Source of the DNA: Octopus bimaculoides | Taxonomy: Eukaryota | NCBI RefSeq assembly: GCF_001194135.2 | Contig: NC_068982.1 | Coordinates: 137,617,721 to 137,681,720 of the forward strand | Reading direction: 5' to 3' | DNA: 64,000 nt | Part shown: piece after piece, positions 59,001 to 64,000 of the stretch | Position numbering within the stretch: the first letter of the stretch is position 1 | Layout of the letters: each line of letters begins with the position of its first letter | Notes under the pieces: generated by a model | What the model was told of the DNA's origin: nothing | Database searches by the model: none | Seen by the model: only the letters and a program-made list of their open reading frames with translations | Position numbers and translations under genes: made by a program

Positions 59001-62000
59001 ACTTTTTCACACAGCTATCCTCATCCATTCTCACCAAATGACCATACCAGTGCAATCATCTCTCTTGCACACCACAACTGATACTTCTTAGGTCCAACTT
59101 TTCTCTCAAGGTACTAACACTCTATCGGGCATGCACACTGACATTGCACATCCAAATTTATATACACACATACATGTATATAGATAGTTAAATATTTAGA
59201 TCAATAGAGAGTGAGTGAGATAAAGAAAGATAAAAAGGTTGACATGTTTCATTTATCTACTTGGTCTCATTGATGTCTTCAATCTCATCTTCAGAAAGTG
59301 TCGATCTGATATTCTGTCTGCTGTTGATAATTTTGCCTTGGTTAATCTGGACATTGTTTGGTGCTATCAACAATTACAAAACATCGATGAATTACCTGAT
59401 GCAGGTATGTAGCACTGCTGTTTTTCCTATTTATTGATTTTAGAAATGGAATGATTGAGTAGATGAGGTATTAGACTCCTACCACTCAGCCATTGGTGTT
59501 GTTTTATTGTGTTACTATACATATATACATTATGCTGACTGAAATATAAGATCTATCTCAAGTCAGTCTGTTGCTCCTCCCACTCCCAGAGTCTGATGTC
59601 GAAGGAGAGATAACTTCTCCAAAATACCTACATGAGTTTGGCTGGGAATTACTTGGAACTGGCTCGTTGTATTTACACCAATTTGTCTACAGTAAGCAAT
59701 TTTCTCCATGACAAAATAGTGAATGGCTTCCTTACAGGTTCAAACATGCATCATCATCATCATTGTTGTCGTCGTCGTTTAACATCCGTTTTCCATGCTG
59801 GCTTGGGTGTGATCAGCATATTTGGACAGGTAACAGGTATGTATTTACACACAACACTGCTTAAGTTTTTTGTACGGTAAGAAGCTTGCTTTCCAACCAC
59901 ATGGTTCCGGGTTCAGTCCCACAGTGTGACACCTTGGGCGAGTGTCTTCTACTATAACCTCAAGCTGACCAAAGCCTTGTGAGTGGATTTGGTAGACAGA
60001 AACTGAAAGAAGCTTGTCGTATATACATAAATATATGCGTGTATGTGTGTATTTTTGTGTTTGTATCTTTGTGCTGTGTTTGTCCCCCAACCATCGCTTG
60101 ACAACTGATGTTGGTGTGTTTACGTCTTTATGTCTCTGTAACTTAGCGGTTTTGCAAAAGAGACTGATAGAATAAGTACTACACTTACAAAACCCTTTAA
60201 GGTGGTGCTCCAGCATGGCCACAGTCAAACGACTCAAACAAGTAACATATATATATATATAAGTAGTTGAGTCTATATCTGGTATATAGAGTAACCAATG
60301 GTTTCACATCCACAAAGGCCTTAGCCTTATGAACGTCTTGTCAGACTATATATATATGTGTATATATATATGCATATACTAATGTACATACATGCTGGTC
60401 CTCATAAAAAGCACCCAGTACACTCTGTAAAGTGGTTGGTATTAGAAATGGCATCCAGCTGAAGCAACTATGCCAATTCAGACAATGAAGGCTGGCACAG
60501 CTCCTGTCAAACTGTGAAACATTGAATAATGATGATGATGATGATGATACTGATGATAATATATAGATAGAAATATTGACATGCCGATATAGTAATATTT
60601 ATTTACATATATAGTATTGTGTAATGTATGCAATAGTTTCAGTTTTACAGAACGTGGTCAGTGCCAGTGCCACTTGACTGGTCCTGTGGCAGTGGCACAT
60701 AAAAAGTACCATTCAAGCATGGTCATTGCCAGTGCAGCCTGACTGGCCCTCATGCCGGTAGCACATAAAAAGCACCCACTACACTCTCAGATTGGTTGGC
60801 CTAAAGTAGGGCATCCAGCTGTAGAAACCTTGCCAGATCACATTGGAGCTTGGTGCAGCCTCCTGGCTTGCCAGTCTTCAATCAAACTGTCCAACTCATG
60901 CTAGCATGGAAAGCAGACATTAAATGATGATTATGATGATGCGTGGTTTAAGGAGTTCACTTCACAACCCCATGGATTTGGAATTGGCCTTACTCCACAG
61001 CACCTTCGGTTTGTGTCCTCTAATACAATGTTGGGCTGACCAATGCCTAATGAGGGAGCTTGCTGGACATGCAATGTAAGAAGACTGTTTTATATATGTA
61101 TATTTACTATTCTTTAACAAGAATAATATTGACAGTAACTTCAAAATTTTGGCTAGTTAAACTGCCGTCAGACAATCTGATAATGGTTTAGCTGGCCGAA
61201 ACTTCGAAGTCACTATCGATATTATACTTATTAAAGAATAATAAACTGGTACTCTGCAGATTAATATAAAATTGCTTTTTATTATAACTGTGTTACATAA
61301 AACTAAACATTGATATATGTATATACTAGCAGTATAGCCCAGCTTTGCCCTGGATTAAGTTAGGATTATTAAGCTAATCAAGTTCTTTATTTCAAACCAA
61401 ACTAAGTAACATCGACATCAAATTTGGGCGAAATCTGTTGAAATTGGTAAACTTTTGGCTGAAAATGAGTTGCAGACAACTTGATTGGGTAATCCCATAA
61501 GGAATCGGTTTGTCGATTTTTTCCACTCACCAATTTTTTTTTTTTTTCGTTTTTGGAGAACTTAAAGCATTCAAAGATCCCATGAGTCCTAAGTAATGCT
61601 GGCATCAAGCTTGAACAAAATACATCATAATTGGTAAAAGTTATGGTTGAAATTGGGGTGTAGCCNNNNNNNNNNNNNNNNNNNNNNNNNNNNNNNNNNN
61701 NNNNNNNNNNNNNNNNNNNNNNNNNNNNNNNNNNNNNNNNNNNNNNNNNNNNNNNNNNNNNNNNNNNNNNNNNNNNNNNNNNNNNNNNNNNNNNNNNNNN
61801 NNNNNNNNNNNNNNNNNNNNNNNNNNNNNNNNNNNNNNNNNNNNNNNNNNNNNNNNNNNNNNNNNNNNNNNNNNNNNNNNNNNNNNNNNNNNNNNNNNNN
61901 NNNNNNNNNNNNNNNNNNNNNNNNNNNNNNNNNNNNNNNNNNNNNNNNNNNNNNNNNNNNNNNNNNNNNNNNNNNNNNNNNNNNNNNNNATGTGTGTGTG

Positions 62001-62224
62001 TGTGTGTATATTGTCATCAGTTTTTTAAGGCCCACCTTGATGCACCAGATGCCCTTCCTGTTGCCAGTGCCCCCTTCTCCCTGTTTTCAAGCAAGCTGAA
62101 ATATCTCCATGGCTTGCCGTGTTTCCAATGGAAGATTGGTAATGAAGTACACTGCTTGTGTGACAGTAACACTCATCTACAACCATCACGCAATGCCAAG
62201 ACCATAAGACACAAACAACTGCAT

Positions 62225-62256
<32 letters not shown>

Positions 62257-64000
62257 CCTCCATACATACACATACATACAGGCTTCCTTCAGTTTCCATC
62301 TAGTAAATCCACTCACCAAGCTTTGATTATCCAGGGCTATAGCAAAAGATACTTGCCCAAGGTTCCCAGCAGTGGGACTAAACCCGAAAACATGTGGTTT
62401 GGAAGGGAACTTCTTAATCAAGCAGCTATACCTACACTTACAGGCACCTATTTGTCTGTCTGTCTGTCTATCTAGGCAGGCAGGCAGCCAGGCAGCTTTA
62501 TAAAATCATTGTTTAACTCCAATGTTGTTTATTTTACAGATAAAAGGTTGAAGATATGTGAAGATTGTTTCCATCAGAGTTATGGGGCAAATCTTGAGCG
62601 ACTAACATTAATGAAGGTGCGTGATTTATAATTCTTTTAGCTGTTTGATTATTATAGGTGTAGCAGTGGCTGTGTGATAAGAAGTTTGCTTCCCAACCAC
62701 ATGGTTCTAGGTTCAGTCCCACTGTGTGGCACCTTGAGCAAGTGTCTTCTCCTATAGCCTCGGGCCAACCGAAGCCTTGTGAGTGGATTTGGAAGACAGA
62801 AACCGAAAGTAGGCGGCGAGCTGGCAGAAACTTTAGCATGCTGGGCGAAATGCTTATCGGTATTTCGTCTGCCGTTACATTCTGAGTTCAAATTCTGCCG
62901 AGGTCGACTTTGCCTTTCAGCCTTTCGGGGTCGATAAATTAAGTACCAGTTATGCACCAGGGTCGATGTAATCAACTTAATCCCTTTCGCTGTCCTTGTT
63001 TGTCCCCTCTGTGTTTAGCCCCTTGTGGGCAATGAAGAAATAAGAAACTGAAAGAAGCCCATCATATATATGTGTATGTGTGTTTGTCCCCACCACCATC
63101 GCTTGACAACCGATGTTGGTATGTTTACGTCCCCATAACTTAGCAGTTTGGCAAAAGTGACTGATAAAATTAGTACTAGGCTTACAAAGAATAGGTTCTA
63201 AGCTTGATTTGTTCAACTAAAGGCAGTGCTCCAGCATGGCTGCAGTCAACTGACTGAAACAAGTAAAAGAATAAAAGAATTAAATTACAATTTCGTTTGG
63301 TTTCATGCTGCAGACACGGTTGTGTGGTTAAGAAGTTCATGTCACAATCATGTGGTTTCAGGTTCAATCTCGCTGTGCAGCACTTAGGGAAGTGTCTTCT
63401 ATCTTGGGGTATACCAGAGTTGATTAGATGCGAGTCACAAAATAAATATATAAAAAGGTAATCTGTACATCCAACTCAACATGGATGTCTTGTTAAAACT
63501 CCAAATACTGTAATCATATGAGAATTCTGGTGCTATATGAGAGGTTCTTTCAAGGCTAATATTGCAGTATTTGGTGTGCTAACAAGACATCCATATTAAG
63601 TTGGATACAAAGATTACTTTTTGGTATTAATTCTGCTTCCGTTGCTAATATGCTAATAATATATAATCCGAGACCTTTGGCAGTATACCATGTTTGTGAA
63701 GACCTGTCAAGCCAAGTGAGATTATGATTGTGGCCGATGCCGGTTTTTTGTAACAGGCAGCCATGCTGGTGGCATGTTAAAAGCTCCCACTACACTCTTG
63801 GAGTGGTTGGTGTTGGGAAGAGCATCCAGCTGTAGAAATCCTGCCAAATCAGACTGGAACCTGGTGCAGCTGCCCAGATTTCAGTCAAACCATCCAACAC
63901 TTTTATTCTTGTTGATGTTATTACATAATGTATGAATGTAGTGTGTTACTAATTCTGACATTTTGCTACCATTTTTTTTTCTCTTCCTTCAGGGTACATC
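46800..64000 (+). CDS. NUB1: NEDD8 ultimate buster 1, 5' part (N-terminus, ubiquitin-like domain, helical region); continues beyond the window
   Basis: Spliced motifs KVQLWKPPY, GVATLKLR, KIAEMCG..NIKMIVSGR, TPFLEITDQNGRPLKLP, AMALNEKGR, VDNFALVNLDIVWCY and SYGANLERL are collinear with remembered human NUB1. Phases are consistent across 8 introns. Confidence 0.93.
47130..47394 (+). mobile_element. RTE-clade (Rex3/Expander-like) LINE fragment
   Basis: VMIERIQSQIQVREIKFLQRISGVMLLNRIHSLEIRESLQVKPQLLHTERSQL. Confidence 0.7.
49134..49304 (+). CDS. NUB1: NUB1 coding exon 2 (EMLLKYSQ...HGVATLKLRINSCRKIK)
   Basis: Acceptor tttcag, donor GTACCA; 171 nt; phase 0/0. Confidence 0.88.
49830..50360. mobile_element. 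RTE-like LINE fragments in opposite orientations
   Basis: A minus-strand linker-like peptide (VLEVKEDINRM..EVADNTIRRFKK) abuts a plus-strand 3' end (ALKWQPEGK..SWNEIRIMAENRTDWRNHVAAL) with a (TAAC)n tail. Confidence 0.6.
50840..51001 (+). CDS. NUB1: NUB1 coding exon 3, ubiquitin-like domain (ISNSEIIEVNLQQTGLFLRTKIAEMCGVQTENIKMIVSGRLLSDEQSLCDQNVK)
   Basis: UBL-like pattern; in-phase acceptor ttcaag, donor GTGAGA; 162 nt. The 5' boundary is less certain than the 3'. Confidence 0.85.
51344..51804. mobile_element. MITE-like element with ~55-bp imperfect TIRs
   Basis: AGCAAATAAGTAA.A.GGATGTCCAGGTATCA is inverted at both ends; no clear TSD. Confidence 0.65.
52040..53660 (-). mobile_element. 5'-truncated RTE-clade LINE with reverse-transcriptase remnant
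   Basis: FVDLQKAFD, GVHQGSALS, YADDL, RRLYWYGHV and [12 protein letters not shown] are present with frameshifts; (GAT)n-type tail. Confidence 0.9.
53865..53991 (+). CDS. NUB1: NUB1 coding exon 4 (CNSLVLVIVS...RKEAEILSSKVE-)
   Basis: Acceptor tttcag, donor GTAAGT; 127 nt; phase 0/1. Confidence 0.88.
54826..54905 (+). CDS. NUB1: NUB1 coding exon 5 (D-SSDDTPFLEITDQNGRPLKLPASEKK)
   Basis: Acceptor tttcag, donor GTGAAA; 80 nt; phase 1/0. Confidence 0.92.
55867..55973 (+). CDS. NUB1: NUB1 coding exon 6 (ALAFAMALNEKGRSYLKQKDYSSALILLLEADSEF-)
   Basis: Acceptor ttgcag, donor GTAAGA; 107 nt; phase 0/2. Confidence 0.93.
55991..56343 (-). mobile_element. Copy of the Penelope-like terminal segment (55991-56263, minus) plus an inverted partial copy (56266-56343, plus)
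   Basis: Same tRNA-like head, (AAT)n, hammerhead region and tail as the 4216-4618 and 20561-20816 copies. Confidence 0.8.
56079..56125 (-). ncRNA. Hammerhead motif of the 4495 family with a C3U change
   Basis: Minus strand: GTCAC-TTGATGA-A-GGCTG..CAGCC-GAAA-CG-TT-GTGTT. Confidence 0.6.
59295..59404 (+). CDS. NUB1: NUB1 coding exon 7 (K-KCRSDILSAVDNFALVNLDIVWCYQQLQNIDELPDA-)
   Basis: Acceptor cttcag, donor GTATGT; 110 nt; phase 2/1; LDIVWCY motif. Confidence 0.94.
60283..60354 (-). ncRNA. Degenerate type I hammerhead-like motif, third family
   Basis: Minus strand: TATATATAGT-CTGACAA-G-ACGTTCATAAGGC(TAAG)GCCTTTGTGGATGT-GAAA-CCATTGG-TT-ACTCTATATA; G8A change at a CpG. Confidence 0.55.
61171..61217 (+). 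ncRNA. Degenerate type I hammerhead-like motif, fourth family
   Basis: GACAAT-CTGATAA-T-GGTTTAGCTGGCC-GAAA; palindrome ACTTCGAAGT; GUC triad; stem I is 4/6 paired. Confidence 0.5.
61325..61665 (+). mobile_element. Possible non-autonomous Helitron/Helentron-like element
   Basis: Begins ACTAGCAGTATAGCCCAGCTTTGCCCTGG and runs into an N gap. Weak, motif-only call. Confidence 0.35.
62540..62616 (+). CDS. NUB1: NUB1 coding exon 8 (D-KRLKICEDCFHQSYGANLERLTLMK)
   Basis: Acceptor ttacag, donor GTGCGT; 77 nt; phase 1/0. Confidence 0.92.
63993..64000 (+). CDS. NUB1: Probable start of NUB1 coding exon 9 (GT...)
   Basis: A strong pyrimidine tract (ttttttttctcttccttcag) is followed by GGT, and Gly is the residue expected next in NUB1. 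Only 8 nt are visible. Confidence 0.65.

Overview
AT-rich, repeat-saturated eukaryotic DNA with six N gaps. The SINE, RTE and microsatellite repertoire looks like an octopus or other coleoid cephalopod genome (inference). Two intron-rich genes lie head to head. ZC3H15 (DFRP1) is on the minus strand: 12 coding exons, 38955->10213, about 399 aa, all GT-AG and in phase. NUB1 is on the plus strand: 8 complete coding exons plus the start of a 9th, from 46800 to the window end. The rest is transposon debris: tRNA-headed SINEs, RTE/CR1 LINE fragments, mariner, pogo and hAT elements, a Gypsy gag fragment and foldback elements. The most interesting signal is a set of minimal type I hammerhead-ribozyme-like motifs from four unrelated sequence families (1210-1276; 4495-4540 with relatives at ~20700 and ~56100; 60283-60354; 61171-61217). 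One has an intact core and lies in a Penelope-like repeat whose terminal region also carries a tRNA-like A/B-box module. Another caps a ~150-bp hairpin. All calls were made by eye and from memory of the families; no database search or folding program was run.
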